In this document: piece by piece, positions 26,764-38,200 of the stretch
How positions within the stretch are numbered: position 1 is the first letter of the stretch
How the letters are laid out: the number at the start of each line of letters is the position of its first letter
IMG/VR virus record: IMGVR_UViG_2816332652_000003
Location: 2,167-66,166 of that record
Direction: 5' to 3' (one strand)
Source of the DNA: a virus
Length of the DNA: 64,000 nucleotides
Position numbers and translations under genes: made by a program
The notes under the pieces: generated by a model
Database searches by the model: none
The model's input: the letters and a program-made list of their open reading frames with translations, nothing else
Told to the model about the DNA's origin: nothing

Positions 26764-28212
26764 TTGAAATGGTATCATAAAGCCATTTATTCATTTGCAA
26801 ATTCTGTTCTCCCAGCTGCGGTGAAGCGTCAGATGATGGGTTTTGGCAGGATGACCTCTCCAAGATCATCAAACGGATGGGATATATTCAATTGGCTCCC
26901 GAAAAAGTATCAGAGTGCTCATAATATTGATCTGACCAAACTCCAAAACCATACAGCTGAGGAATTGCTTGAGATTCTTGTGTCTGTTCATCCCGATATT
27001 TCGCATGCGCTCTACAATTTTTTGCGTATGGGTGACACTCCACTTACATTTACAGCAAAGAAGCAGAGTGGTAGTGACGATAAGAATGGGCAGAGGAATT
27101 TGGATTCAATCAAGAACTTATTGGATTCTCCACTTCCTTCACCTGGTTATCAACATGGAAGGTCTCTGGACAAGCTTGATACGATTCAGCGGATGATGAT
27201 CATGGTGCGTGGAGCTTGTGCTGGTGAAGTAGTTCTGAATGAGCGATGTAACGATGTGATTGATATCGTACCTGTTGACCCAGCGACGATTTGGTTCAGA
27301 AGAGAAGAGGGAACGGATCGACTTGTGCCTTGGCAATTCATCAAGAATCCACGTCCTCGTTCTGGTGAAGAATGGTTTGGGCAATACAAAAAGATTGATA
27401 CGCCGACATTTATATATGAAGAGTTCGATCCGATGATCGATGATCCATATGGGCGAACACCGATACTACCAGTTCTTCAAGCGGTTTTTTTTCATCTACA
27501 GGTTTTGCAGGACTTGAAGGCTGTTGTTCACAATCAGGGATATCCAAGACTGGATATTTCTGTAGTTGAGGAAGTTTTGCTCAAAAACATTCCTAATCAA
27601 TATAAGAATAATCCTGCGGGGCAGCAAACGTGGTTGACTGAACGTATGAGTGAAATTATGGGACATTTTAATTCACTTAATCCAGACGATGCTATGATTC
27701 ATTGGGATAGTGTGAAAGTTGAATATCTCAAGGGCGGCAATGCGGGCCCAATGATTGATATCAAGAAATTGATAGATATTATTGATACGCAGATGGCAAC
27801 CGGATTGAAAACGTTGCTCACATTACTATCCAGGCATCAAGGTTCTACTGAGACATACAGCTCCGTGGATACTCAAATATATATCAAGTCCGTAGAGTCC
27901 GCTCGAAACGTAACCAAGCGTTTCTGGAAGCGGGCTTTTTCTATGGCTACAAGAGTGCGTGGTGTTCAAACGCAGGTTGAAGCAGATTATGCTCCTATTG
28001 ATCTACGTTCTGAAATGGAGAGAGAGCGTGATCTGAGAGCGAAGCTTAACAACTATGTTCTGGCGGAGAAAGAACGCTACATCACTGCCAAAGAAGCGGC
28101 GACAGAAGCGCGGTGGATTATGGGGATTGATCCTAATATACCGTCTGAGTTGCTTGCTGGTCTTGAGAAGAAGTATGGGTCTGATGATGACGATCATGAT
28201 TCAGCAAGTTGA
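26764..28212 (+). CDS. Portal protein
   Basis: Size, position before the head genes, and PYGRTPILP motif; TTG start after GGAGGTG. Confidence 0.8.
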   Translation: MKWYHKAIYSFANSVLPAAVKRQMMGFGRMTSPRSSNGWDIFNWLPKKYQSAHNIDLTKLQNHTAEELLEILVSVHPDISHALYNFLRMGDTPLTFTAKKQSGSDDKNGQRNLDSIKNLLDSPLPSPGYQHGRSLDKLDTIQRMMIMVRGACAGEVVLNERCNDVIDIVPVDPATIWFRREEGTDRLVPWQFIKNPRPRSGEEWFGQYKKIDTPTFIYEEFDPMIDDPYGRTPILPVLQAVFFHLQVLQDLKAVVHNQGYPRLDISVVEEVLLKNIPNQYKNNPAGQQTWLTERMSEIMGHFNSLNPDDAMIHWDSVKVEYLKGGNAGPMIDIKKLIDIIDTQMATGLKTLLTLLSRHQGSTETYSSVDTQIYIKSVESARNVTKRFWKRAFSMATRVRGVQTQVEADYAPIDLRSEMERERDLRAKLNNYVLAEKERYITAKEAATEARWIMGIDPNIPSELLAGLEKKYGSDDDDHDSAS

Positions 28213-28255
28213 GAAAGAAGAGAGTTTATTACATGAAGGAGGTGAAAAGGAGTAG

Positions 28256-29545
28256 ATGGCAAAGCCAACAACTGAGCAATTAGCGAGAATTAATCAACTT
28301 GCGCGTGTTCCACTCACGGAAGAAGAAGCCTATGTATTTCCTGCAAAGCTTGTGGGGGATCAAATCATCCCACGTCGATTTTACCGATTAACACCTAACT
28401 TCCTTCGAAAGATGGCTGTCCAAGCCAGAGAAGGTGTGTCGCTGCTGTTGGATCACTCATGGGCCAACTTAGGCATCATGACAATTCCACTCGGCAGAAC
28501 CTTTGACAGCCGATTGCAAATGGATGGCGATGAACTGGCATTATATGCCGACCATTACATGAAGCTGGGACAAGAGGTCGGTGACATCAAGATAGATCAG
28601 ATAGCGGAAGGTATTGATGCCGGAACGATCTTTGATACCTCAATCGGCTTCACGGTAAGTAGCCAAACGTGTTCCATCTGTGGTCAAGAATATTTCGGTG
28701 GAAGTTGCCCTCATATTCGTGGAAGAGAGTATGATTCTAAACTTTGTACGGTTGACATTAATGATGGCGACCTGATGGAAAATTCCCTTGTCTTTGACGG
28801 TGCTTATCCGGGTGCTGGAGTAGTGGGGATGAGCAATGCCACTGAGCAACAACCGACTGTGAAATGGGAAGCTTTATCTGAAGATACGAAGTCGCTTCCT
28901 AGCGGCGGACGTGTCTTTTATTCTTTTAGCGGAAAATCCGGTCTTGATGGATTCGTAATCAAGCAAGAAAAAAACAATGTGGCCGAAACGCAGGCCGAAG
29001 GAGATGACACTGTGACAGAAGAACAAAAGGCTGCTTTGGCAGCATCACAAACTCAAACAATCGCGCTGACTGCTGCGAATAGTGTACTCGGACAAGTCCG
29101 GGCTGCGCTGGGCGTTGAAAATGATGCGGACATTACCTCAAAGTTGGCTACACTTAGCGCTCAGGCTGCTGATGGTGCAGTTTACAAAACAAAGGTTACG
29201 GAGCAAGCTTGCGGCGCTGGTGTACGTGCGTTGGGAGAAGCGTTTAATACAGAAACTATGAAAGCTATGCTGTCCCACTTGCCAGTATCTGAGATTGAAA
29301 AAATCGGCGCGACTTACGAAGCTCAGGCTCAAGCTGCATTGGGTGGTGGTGGTCGTCATACCGAGGGTGATAACCCTGATCTTCCTGCAGGAGCTGCCAA
29401 TGGAACAGCGCCAACTAACGCGCAGGCAGCTGGTCAAAAGACACCAGAACAACTCCAAACAGAGGCAAAGGAAATGGCTAGAGCTGATGCTATAGCCGCC
29501 CTCAAAAATACCGGCAGAAGTAATCTGCTGAAGGAGGATAAGTAA
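28256..29545 (+). CDS. Prohead protease / scaffold
   Basis: LLLDH, TSIGF, CSICG..CPH, ENSLV; Ala/Gln-rich scaffold-like C-terminus. Confidence 0.75.
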   Translation: MAKPTTEQLARINQLARVPLTEEEAYVFPAKLVGDQIIPRRFYRLTPNFLRKMAVQAREGVSLLLDHSWANLGIMTIPLGRTFDSRLQMDGDELALYADHYMKLGQEVGDIKIDQIAEGIDAGTIFDTSIGFTVSSQTCSICGQEYFGGSCPHIRGREYDSKLCTVDINDGDLMENSLVFDGAYPGAGVVGMSNATEQQPTVKWEALSEDTKSLPSGGRVFYSFSGKSGLDGFVIKQEKNNVAETQAEGDDTVTEEQKAALAASQTQTIALTAANSVLGQVRAALGVENDADITSKLATLSAQAADGAVYKTKVTEQACGAGVRALGEAFNTETMKAMLSHLPVSEIEKIGATYEAQAQAALGGGGRHTEGDNPDLPAGAANGTAPTNAQAAGQKTPEQLQTEAKEMARADAIAALKNTGRSNLLKEDK

Positions 29546-29546
29546 T

Positions 29547-29915
29547 ATGATTGGATCTCAATACAACGGTGCACCGGGACCTGGTCAGATTAACACACAG
29601 GAGTTTGTTGAAGTTCTGGCTTCCACCGACTTGCAAGCGCGGATTCCTGGTGGCGTGTTGCTTGCAAAAGGGAACGGATTAATTAAGAAAGGTACTGTCC
29701 TTGGAAGGGTAACAGCTACTAATAAATTCGTTCCCTATCTCTCTTCAGCATCCGATGGTTCGCAAGACGCTGTTTGCATTTTGGACAATGATCAGGATAC
29801 TTCGCTTACCGATATGGGCGCTTCAGCGTGGATTGCTGGAATTTTCACTGAATCAAAATTGACCGGCATTGATGCAGCGGCTAAAACAGCGCTGAAGCTT
29901 TGCTACTTTGTATAA
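29547..29915 (+). CDS. Head decoration protein (lambda gpD-like)
   Basis: GTVLGRVTATNKFVPY...DGSQDAVCIL; lies upstream of the capsid gene. Confidence 0.8.
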   Translation: MIGSQYNGAPGPGQINTQEFVEVLASTDLQARIPGGVLLAKGNGLIKKGTVLGRVTATNKFVPYLSSASDGSQDAVCILDNDQDTSLTDMGASAWIAGIFTESKLTGIDAAAKTALKLCYFV

Positions 29916-29930
29916 GGGGGAACAAACTAA

Positions 29931-30944
29931 ATGGCAAACGTACTCGACCCGTACTTTTTGACGGAAGTTGTTCAGAATATTCGTACAGACATTAACAGTT
30001 TTCGAGGTGCTCAAATTCTGACAAATGGTGTGGATTTCAAACCAGAACTCGGCCTGACAATTAAATATGACGTTACCTACGATGATACCGGCATGACTCC
30101 ACCTACTGGACTCAATGATCCCTCACCAATCCATGCCGCTCCTGTTGTGAAACAAATGGAATTCACTAACCAGGAATGGCGTGAAAAAGCGATCATTGAT
30201 CGAGAAAAAATCGCTACCCTTCGCAAGCCTGGAAACAGTCTTGAGCAAACTTGGGGCGAAGAATATATGATTGAAAAAATGGTGAATCTCAACCAACGTC
30301 TTGAAACTCGATTCGAGTGGATGCGTTGGCAATCACTTACAGGGAACCTTGTTGTTCCAGCAACTGCGAATAAACCTTCTCGGACTATCGACTACGGCGT
30401 TCCGGCAAATAACAAGCCTACAGCTGATGTCCTTTGGAACAATATCGCAACTGCTGATCCTTTGAAAAATCTTGATGAATGGCTTCTTAGATTCCGGGGG
30501 AGTGGCGCAAGAGGTGTTAAAGTTGTAGCTAATAAAAAAGTAGACAGTTACCTGAAGCAAAACGAAAAAATCCGCGATCTGATCAAATTCACCTATGGCA
30601 AAGATATTGTAACGGATGGTTCGCTTTCAGAAATTGTCAGCCAAAACCTGAATGGTCTTCAATACGAAGTATATGATGGCGGATATATTGACGATACAGG
30701 AACATTCTTCCCGTTCATCCCTGACAACGCCGTAATTATCATTGGTCAAGGTATGACAGGTTCTATCATGGACCTAGTGACGAGCCCGAACAACTACGAA
30801 GACATCTTTACTGGTCACACCGGAAAATTCGCACTCGCTAAACTGATTCAAGGCGACCCTGACCAATGGCAAGTAATTAACGGGGCAACTGTGCTGCCAC
30901 GTTTGAAATACGTCAACTGGCACATTTTTGCTACAGTGGCGTGA
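29931..30944 (+). CDS. Major capsid protein (lambda gpE-like)
   Basis: 337 aa; RLETRFEWMRWQSLTG, IDYGVP. Confidence 0.88.
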   Translation: MANVLDPYFLTEVVQNIRTDINSFRGAQILTNGVDFKPELGLTIKYDVTYDDTGMTPPTGLNDPSPIHAAPVVKQMEFTNQEWREKAIIDREKIATLRKPGNSLEQTWGEEYMIEKMVNLNQRLETRFEWMRWQSLTGNLVVPATANKPSRTIDYGVPANNKPTADVLWNNIATADPLKNLDEWLLRFRGSGARGVKVVANKKVDSYLKQNEKIRDLIKFTYGKDIVTDGSLSEIVSQNLNGLQYEVYDGGYIDDTGTFFPFIPDNAVIIIGQGMTGSIMDLVTSPNNYEDIFTGHTGKFALAKLIQGDPDQWQVINGATVLPRLKYVNWHIFATVA

Positions 30945-30958
30945 GGGAGGAATAACCT

Positions 30959-31369
30959 ATGACTACTGTGAAAATTTTGGTTGATGCTGTTGGTGAATAC
31001 AACGCAGGGGACATCGTAAAAGATGCCCCTGATGGACTTGTTGAGATTGCTAAAAAGCAAGTTCGCAATGCAGCAACTGGTGAGTTACTGGCAGAGATCG
31101 TTGAAGTCGGTTCAATTTCTACGCACACCCCTTCGGAACGAGAATTAATGCTTCAGGAAGAGTTGGACGAATCAAAGAAGCGCGAGGCTGAACTTTTGGC
31201 GCAGATTGATGAACTGCAATCTGACATCCAAAATAGTGATTCGGATGATGAACTGAAAGAATTGAAATCTGTTGCGAAGGAAATGAAAATCCCTGGCTAT
31301 ACAAAAATGGGTATCGAAGAATTGAAAGAGGCCATTGCCGCAACTGGCGGTGACGCTGGTGGCGAATAA
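30959..31369 (+). CDS. Head-associated protein with a Rho-N/HeH-like C-terminus
   Basis: ELKSVAKEMKIPGYTKMGIEELKEAI. Confidence 0.65.
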   Translation: MTTVKILVDAVGEYNAGDIVKDAPDGLVEIAKKQVRNAATGELLAEIVEVGSISTHTPSERELMLQEELDESKKREAELLAQIDELQSDIQNSDSDDELKELKSVAKEMKIPGYTKMGIEELKEAIAATGGDAGGE

Positions 31370-31793
31370 GATACTTACGACAGGAACATATCACGAAGAA
31401 ATAAGAGGGCGTCTAGGCGTTGGTGAGGATGTAATATCTGACTCTGACATAGACGCTATTTCTGTTTTGCCAATCGCTGAAGCGAGGATTGTAAAGCAAG
31501 TTCCAGATTACGCTGATTTGATTGGTGATGATCAAGCCTATATATATGTAGCAGCTATTTGTATGGTTGCTGCTATACTGGCTCCATCTATGGCTGCGAG
31601 AATCAAAAAAACGATGAAAGATTTCGATTTCTCTTTCGAAAATCAGGCAGTCAATTGGGATAGACGTGCCTCACAACTGGTTGATGAGGCAAATGAGTTC
31701 ATCGGCTTGATCTCAAGTTTTCAAGAGACCTTGGATGCTCCATTATTTATGTTGTCTGGTCCCACGAGGGAGAAGGAAAGGCGGCGCTTCTAA
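31335..31793 (+). CDS. Head-tail adaptor
   Basis: Synteny and size. Confidence 0.6.
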   Translation: MPQLAVTLVANKILTTGTYHEEIRGRLGVGEDVISDSDIDAISVLPIAEARIVKQVPDYADLIGDDQAYIYVAAICMVAAILAPSMAARIKKTMKDFDFSFENQAVNWDRRASQLVDEANEFIGLISSFQETLDAPLFMLSGPTREKERRRF

Positions 31794-32368
31794 TGTTTAA
31801 AGATTTCGCTCATAGACATTCTCCCTGTACTGTAAATGGGGAACCGGATAAAGTCATTCTGTCCAGAGAAACAAAGGCGACTACGGTTCTTGGTAAAGAG
31901 TATATGTACAACGGCCTTTTTGCCCCTAAGTCGCCTGTATTACCTGGGAATGTCGTCCAGAATGATATGAGATTTTTGGTTCAAACTCTCCGTAATACTG
32001 CAACCAAAGACAAATACTGTTCCTTAATCAAAACGAATGTTACCGCGGAAGTTCAACGGTACATGCAGGAATACGATGCGAATGACAATCCAAAGGGCAA
32101 ACCTGAGTTTACACCTGTTGCCGCTGAAGTTATTGGTTTCGCTCAACATGTCTCTGCTCAGCTGAGACAAGAAGAACCTGGTCTTCTATCTACAACTTCG
32201 CTGGTTCTTCTTTTGCAGACCAGTGTTGATGTAAGGGAACCGAGTGATCCGTCATTGGTAAGTCCAGACCGCATCATGATTGCTGGAAAGAAATATCAAG
32301 TGGATGTGGTGGATCGGATCAAGTATCCGAATCTTCTACATATTCAGTTGTGCGAGGACAGGCGATGA
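31793..32368 (+). CDS. Head closure / connector protein
   Basis: Synteny; DRIMIAGKKYQVDVVD. Confidence 0.55.
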   Translation: MFKDFAHRHSPCTVNGEPDKVILSRETKATTVLGKEYMYNGLFAPKSPVLPGNVVQNDMRFLVQTLRNTATKDKYCSLIKTNVTAEVQRYMQEYDANDNPKGKPEFTPVAAEVIGFAQHVSAQLRQEEPGLLSTTSLVLLLQTSVDVREPSDPSLVSPDRIMIAGKKYQVDVVDRIKYPNLLHIQLCEDRR

Positions 32369-32943
32369 TTGCGGGATATGATGCTGAACGTGCAGCGAAG
32401 GACTTAGAAAATAGGCTGGCTGTTGAAATTACAGGTCTAACGAAAATCATTATGCTTACTGCAAAGACTGGTATCAGGTATTATCCGGCTGTCAGAGAAA
32501 GCCTGGCAATGCACATGACTGTGCTGGCAAACCAGATGATATCAGGAGACATCACTGCTGATTACTGGCAAGCATGGCTTGAACAGTTTGGTAAAGGATC
32601 GCTCATGGCGGGTCCGAGTCAAAACCCGGGTTTGATCAGCTACATGAACAGTGAGGCGTGGAACAAACTGAGGTCAAAAGGTAGCCGAGTTGTTGTGGGG
32701 CGCGGTAGAGGTACTTACCGAGCTATAGACGGCACAATTAAAAAGTCCAAAGGCGGATACGTAGGTGTAGATTTGGAGGAGTTGGCAGAACGCGGGGACC
32801 TTGATCCTTCGTTCAAAGCCACTCCTCCTACTTATTTTATGCGTATAGCTCTTGAATCCAATCGTGATCGGATATTAAACGGTATTAGTCGTGTCATAAC
32901 CGAGTTTCCGTATCATCGTTACTTCAGGGAGGTGAGAGATTGA
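32350..32943 (+). CDS. Neck / tail completion protein
   Basis: Synteny; EQFGKGS and PTYFMRIAL motifs. Confidence 0.55.
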   Translation: MRGQAMIAGYDAERAAKDLENRLAVEITGLTKIIMLTAKTGIRYYPAVRESLAMHMTVLANQMISGDITADYWQAWLEQFGKGSLMAGPSQNPGLISYMNSEAWNKLRSKGSRVVVGRGRGTYRAIDGTIKKSKGGYVGVDLEELAERGDLDPSFKATPPTYFMRIALESNRDRILNGISRVITEFPYHRYFREVRD

Positions 32944-33374
32944 GTCTTCAATTGTTGGATGCAGTTCAGCATGCGCTTAAAAATGATGCCGAACTTATGG
33001 AGTTACTTGAGCTTGACTCATCTTCACCTTCCGTGGAGGTAGCGAAGAGATTGACAAAGGGGATGGAACCTGAAATCACTGTAAGTCATGAAACGGTTCC
33101 TCATATCTGCCAATATGTGATGCCAGGGCGCTTTTCTCCAAATCAATTAGTCTTCGAAGGAAAGTTTTGTTTAGATTTTTATGCTGGTACTGGTTATGCA
33201 GCAAAGTTGCTCTTTGAAAGAGCGTTTCGTATCTTACACGATAAACGGATAACGATGCCAGGTTGGGCGACATACCTATGTGTACTGACGTACGATGCTG
33301 ATTTTGCAACGGGTATACAAGGTGTCAAAGGGTATAAGGCAATATTTGATGTTGACTATCTCCGGATGAATTGA
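32940..33374 (+). CDS. Tail terminator-like protein
   Basis: Synteny and size. Confidence 0.55.
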   Translation: MSLQLLDAVQHALKNDAELMELLELDSSSPSVEVAKRLTKGMEPEITVSHETVPHICQYVMPGRFSPNQLVFEGKFCLDFYAGTGYAAKLLFERAFRILHDKRITMPGWATYLCVLTYDADFATGIQGVKGYKAIFDVDYLRMN

Positions 33375-33387
33375 GGTGGATGTTTTG

Positions 33388-33522
33388 ATGGTAAGCATTG
33401 AAGAAATGAGTGTAGCAATTGCAAATGCATCTAAAATTATCAGAGCAACTGGAGTTTCCATCGGTTCGAATTGGAAGAAAGTTTATCGCAAAGTAGGTGA
33501 AAAAGATGAACGAAGCAACTGA
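33388..33522 (+). CDS. Small hypothetical protein (44 aa)
   Basis: Open frame after GAGGTGG. Confidence 0.35.
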   Translation: MVSIEEMSVAIANASKIIRATGVSIGSNWKKVYRKVGEKDERSN

Positions 33523-33700
33523 TAAACAACAAGAAGCTAAGGAAGAATTTCCTGAGCTGGAGAAGTTGATCCGAGAAAAGATTCGTCTTGCCCAAAAACT
33601 CGGCTTGATGGATGGCAAGGAACCGGTTGAAGGATATAAAGAAACGAAGGAATACAAAAGAATTGAAGAGATTGATGCGCGGCTCTGGGAGCTTGTCTAA
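33497..33700 (+). CDS. Small hypothetical protein
   Basis: ORF within the operon. Confidence 0.55.
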   Translation: MKKMNEATDKQQEAKEEFPELEKLIREKIRLAQKLGLMDGKEPVEGYKETKEYKRIEEIDARLWELV

Positions 33701-33728
33701 TCAACTCTATATCTAAGGAGGATAATTC

Positions 33729-34499
33729 ATGAGACCACTCGTTTTTGATGGCGTAGGAACAATCGTAGCCCGTAATTTGGATGGAACAATTAAGTATGTT
33801 GAGGACAAGGTAACAAAAGTTACGTTACAACTGCAATTTGACTGGCAGGCAGTCATGGGCGGCGACAGTGGATATGCATTCCACTACACAGCGGGGGATC
33901 TACAAGACAAAGTGAGCATTGAAGTACCACGTTACTCTGCGGCAATCGCTGATATGTCTCAAGGCGGAAAAACAGAGAAGAAAGAAATTGTGTTTGACGA
34001 AATGGAAACGGCTTTTCTGAAGAATGGCGAATACAAACTGGCCTTTGGAGAAACCTTGGTAGCGGACAGTGACGAAGTCTATCTCAAGGACCCGGATACA
34101 GATGCATTGACTCAACTTACCCGTGTAGCATCAACGCCGACTGATCAACAATACACAATCACTGCTGAGGGAGTGATTGAATCTACCACGGCAAATAATG
34201 ATAAAGAGTTGCTTGTTACCTATAAGTGGTCTAACCAGGGCACAGAAACTTCATTCGATGGAACTCGTCGCCCAACAGCTTTCAAATTTACTCACAGATT
34301 CAAACTGATCGATGACAAAACGAGCAATGAGATTCAATGCCAGCTCACCATTTACAAAGCCTTGGGCGGTGGTACGCTTGACGTATCCCAAGAACGTAAA
34401 AAAGCTAATACTTCCACCATGGATTTGCAAGTTATGGAGCCTGAGCGCACACCAGATAACCCGAATGGTCATGCAATGACTATCAAGTTCGGAATTTAA
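33729..34499 (+). CDS. Major tail protein
   Basis: Position and size; beta-rich composition. Confidence 0.7.
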   Translation: MRPLVFDGVGTIVARNLDGTIKYVEDKVTKVTLQLQFDWQAVMGGDSGYAFHYTAGDLQDKVSIEVPRYSAAIADMSQGGKTEKKEIVFDEMETAFLKNGEYKLAFGETLVADSDEVYLKDPDTDALTQLTRVASTPTDQQYTITAEGVIESTTANNDKELLVTYKWSNQGTETSFDGTRRPTAFKFTHRFKLIDDKTSNEIQCQLTIYKALGGGTLDVSQERKKANTSTMDLQVMEPERTPDNPNGHAMTIKFGI

Positions 34500-34542
34500 A
34501 CTATCATACACAACCCTGCCGGTAATCGGTGGGGTTCTTTTT

Positions 34543-34962
34543 TTGGTAAAAACTATGCTCTCAAACCAAAGGAGAATGAACATGAGTGAAGTGGAACAAG
34601 CAGTTGAAACCCATGAAGAGAAAACGTTGGACCAGACCTTGAACATTGGCAGCACCGTACGTTTGGCTGAGGATCTACAGAAGACAATTAAGGTCGGAAC
34701 GATTAAGTTGATCCGGGAAGTACGGCAGCATGCGAAAAACCTCGGTGGTATTCGCTTCAGCTATGTAATTGGACGTGATCCTATTGAAGCAACGCAAGTT
34801 GGTGAGCAGGATATCCCAGCTATTGACTGTCCATCTATTGAGCAGGCGTATAAAAAAGCCTTCGACCTGATTTTTGTTGAGGGTTTAACGGATGAAGAGT
34901 ATGAACACGTGGACATGGAGGGCATCCAGGCTTTGGATAACGTTTTGGATCGATTTCTATAA
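34543..34962 (+). CDS. Tail assembly chaperone (gpG-like; start probably 34576)
   Basis: Lies between the major tail and tape measure genes. Confidence 0.7.
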   Translation: MVKTMLSNQRRMNMSEVEQAVETHEEKTLDQTLNIGSTVRLAEDLQKTIKVGTIKLIREVRQHAKNLGGIRFSYVIGRDPIEATQVGEQDIPAIDCPSIEQAYKKAFDLIFVEGLTDEEYEHVDMEGIQALDNVLDRFL

Positions 34963-35251
34963 GGAGTCTTTTCCTCCAGATCCTGATTCCGATGACGATG
35001 ATGAGGAATCGGAGGATGGTGAAGTAGATCAACCAGGAACGGACTGGATGGGTCTATGGGCACTCTGTATCAGCAACGGTATATCTGATACAGAGTGGCC
35101 AAATATGACCATACCTAAAATCCGAGCGCTGATGAATGAAAAACAGCGCTCTCGTGAATTCGAAATCACTCTTCATGGTGGTTCGGTTGAAAACAAAAAG
35201 CCGAAGAAAGCAAAATACTTATCAGATCTTGGTTTCTTCCAGCCAAGGTAG
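34955..35251 (+). CDS. Tail assembly chaperone extension (gpGT-like), in the +1 frame
   Basis: Overlapping frame FYKESFPPD...GLWALCISNG...MTIPKIRAL. Confidence 0.6.
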   Translation, partial: FYKESFPPDPDSDDDDEESEDGEVDQPGTDWMGLWALCISNGISDTEWPNMTIPKIRALMNEKQRSREFEITLHGGSVENKKPKKAKYLSDLGFFQPR

Positions 35252-35263
35252 GAAGGAGGCAAA

Positions 35264-38200
35264 ATGGCAGAGGGCACCAATAGAGATGTAGTTGCTGCGC
35301 GGATAAAATTAGACACTGGTACAGTGCTACAATCATTTAAAAACATTGATACGGGTGCTAAGGGTAATGCTGATGCGTTCAAGGCTCTGAATGTTGAGTT
35401 ATCATCCGCTGAGAAGTCATACAAGAATATATCATCAGCAATGGATAAGATGGCCTTAACTGCGGATCAACGCCGCCAAAAGATACTCGCTGAAGTTGAA
35501 GCTCAACATAAGCAAAAACTTGCTCAAACTGCCTTGCTTGGTGCGAGGGCTCAACAGTTGGAGCAAACCAATCGCTTGATTGATGCTAAAATGCAGGCTC
35601 AGCAAGCCTTGATCAAAAGGCGTAATCAACAGATTGAGCAATCCGAACGTGAACATCAACAAAAGATGCAGATTCTTCAGAATCGTTCTGTTAAGACCGG
35701 GCAGGAGGCAGCAAAGGCAACGGGGACAGGGACGGATGACCGGACGAGAGAGCGCGTACTACAAGAGGAACAGAAGATTCGCATGGCCTTGACTGAGCGA
35801 CAACGTAAAGAAGAAGCTCTCAGGGAAAAAGTGTTACAAGAGGAACAACGGATCAGACAAGCCTTGTCACAAACTGAACAGCAAACCAAACGGATGGGGT
35901 CCACAATGGATGCTGTCTCTAAAAGTTGGATTGGTAGAATAGGAGACATGGCTTCACATGCGGTTGTCTTCCATACGATGTACAAAGCGATGCACGAAGT
36001 CACCCAGGCCATGAAAGAAGGCTTGGTTGACATCGAATCAAACATGGCCGGTTACGTTCAGACCAATGAGCATTATTTTGTACATTTCGAAGATGGCACC
36101 AACAAGATGGTAATGGATACACAAAAGCTAAACCGTGAGACAAAAGCCTTTATCCAAACTGCTCACGAACTTGGATCAAACATATTGGATGTAACCGAAT
36201 CGGCGCGGCTTTGGGGCAGGATGTACAAGGATGTTAATGTGGTCCAGGAGCTTGTCCGTCAGTCTACAAAGTTGTCCACGGTCGATATGGTGGAACTCGA
36301 AGACGCAACCAAATCTATGGAATCCGTTATGTCTCAGTATGGTGTACACATCAGTAATGCGAATGAAGCCATGGTTATCGGCAACCGGGTTCTGGATTCC
36401 TGGTCTAAGGTAGCACACGATACGATGGCTCCAGCGCGTGACCTTGGCGCTGCTTTCCAACGAACCGGTAAGATAGCCGCCGAAACAGGCGTATCATTCG
36501 ACGTAATGAACGGTCTGATATCCTCTGGTGTGCGGAATACAGCCTTATCCGGGGAGAATTTAGGTAACATGTGGAAAACGGTTCTGGGTACAATCCGGAC
36601 AGACAAAGCCGTGGATGAGATTGAGCGTCTTGGTGTCAAAACCAAAGAGGTTGTCGATGGCGTTGAACAATGGCGCAAAGCGGAAGATATTCTACTGGAT
36701 CTTTCTATCCAGGTAACGGATAAAAACTATGACCTCACACAATCCTATGCGGATATCTCTCGGGGTGTCTATCAGTATGCGAAACTGGCGGCTTCTCTTA
36801 ATGTGGGGGATATCTTGCTTGGTACGGCTGCATCTGTAGGTTCCACTGGTTCAACAATGCAGTACCTAACCGTTCAGATGGATACAATTCAGCGGAAGGC
36901 TGCACAGACCAAAACCTCTCTCCTTGAGATATTTAACACAGCTGGAGAAGACGGCCTTCGCCAGATGATCAAAGATGTGCTGGACGGTATAGATCAACTC
37001 CTGATCGGATTAACTAAAATACCAACAGGTGTTTATGCTGCAACTGCGGGTTTGACTGGTCTATTACTTGCGTATAAAGCGTTGCGTGGTCCTGTTATGG
37101 CGGTAGTTGCTGCAATTGAAGTGCTAAATGTGGCTAAAGCGAAAGAAGCTGCTACAACGGTTGCTGGTACAGCGGCTACGGCTGCAAATAGTGCTGCGAA
37201 TACAGTCAATATCGTTTCAAGTGAAGGAGTCATCGTTTCTACTGTGCAACAGACTGCTGCAAGGGAGGCGCAAGTAGTCGCTACAGGAGCAGCTACCGTG
37301 GCTACTAGTGCCCTTAGTAAAGCGCAAGCGACAGCAACAATAACGATGGCCGCAGCAACTGCTGGATTATCCTTACTCGTAGGGGCAATTGCAATATTTG
37401 CATTTAAGAGTGGCGAAGCAGATAAGGCCGAGCGTGAAAGGATTCAGAGTCTTAAGGATAACGACTCAGCCAGTCAGCAGATGATCAGCCAGTATCAACG
37501 GCAAATTGATTTGTTACCTAAAATGGTCAATGCACATAACTCGCTTAAACAAATGATTGATAGTGGAACGTTATCTTCTAGTAAACAAGAACAGGCAAAG
37601 AGACAACTTGAAGAAGTATCCAAAGCCCTTACAATGACGATTGGTAAAGAAGGAATGGCTCAACTTGAAGCAGCTGGATTTACAGATGAAGCTACCAAGC
37701 AACAAATACAAAACCTTAATTTGTTAATCGAGAAGCAGAGAGAGTCCCGTCTAAACGTGCTGGAGGGCCAAAAAACGGCAATGAATGATCAACTCACTGC
37801 AAACGTTGCTGCTATTGAAGATGCTATGTCTAAGATAAGTGCAGTCAATAAAAGTATTGAGTCTTTTGGTTCAAGTGTAAACAGAACGGAGCAGCTTAAA
37901 TCTTTTGAAAATGATTTGGCTTCTTTAGAAGCGAAGAACCGTGAATTGCAGGCATCTTTAAGCGATGTTGACGTTCAAATGGGTCAAATGACATTGGAAG
38001 CCTTAGACGCACAAAAAGAGATGGATTCTTTAGCGGGCTTAAATGGGAAAGTTTCTGAGACCATTGAAGAACTGACTGAAAATCTAATTAAACAAACAGA
38101 AGCCTTACGTGAATCTGTTCAAACGAGTATTTCTTCAGTTTCTGAATTAAACCAAGTGGCTGAGACGCTTGCTGATGGACAATCTTTAAGCGCTTCTGCT

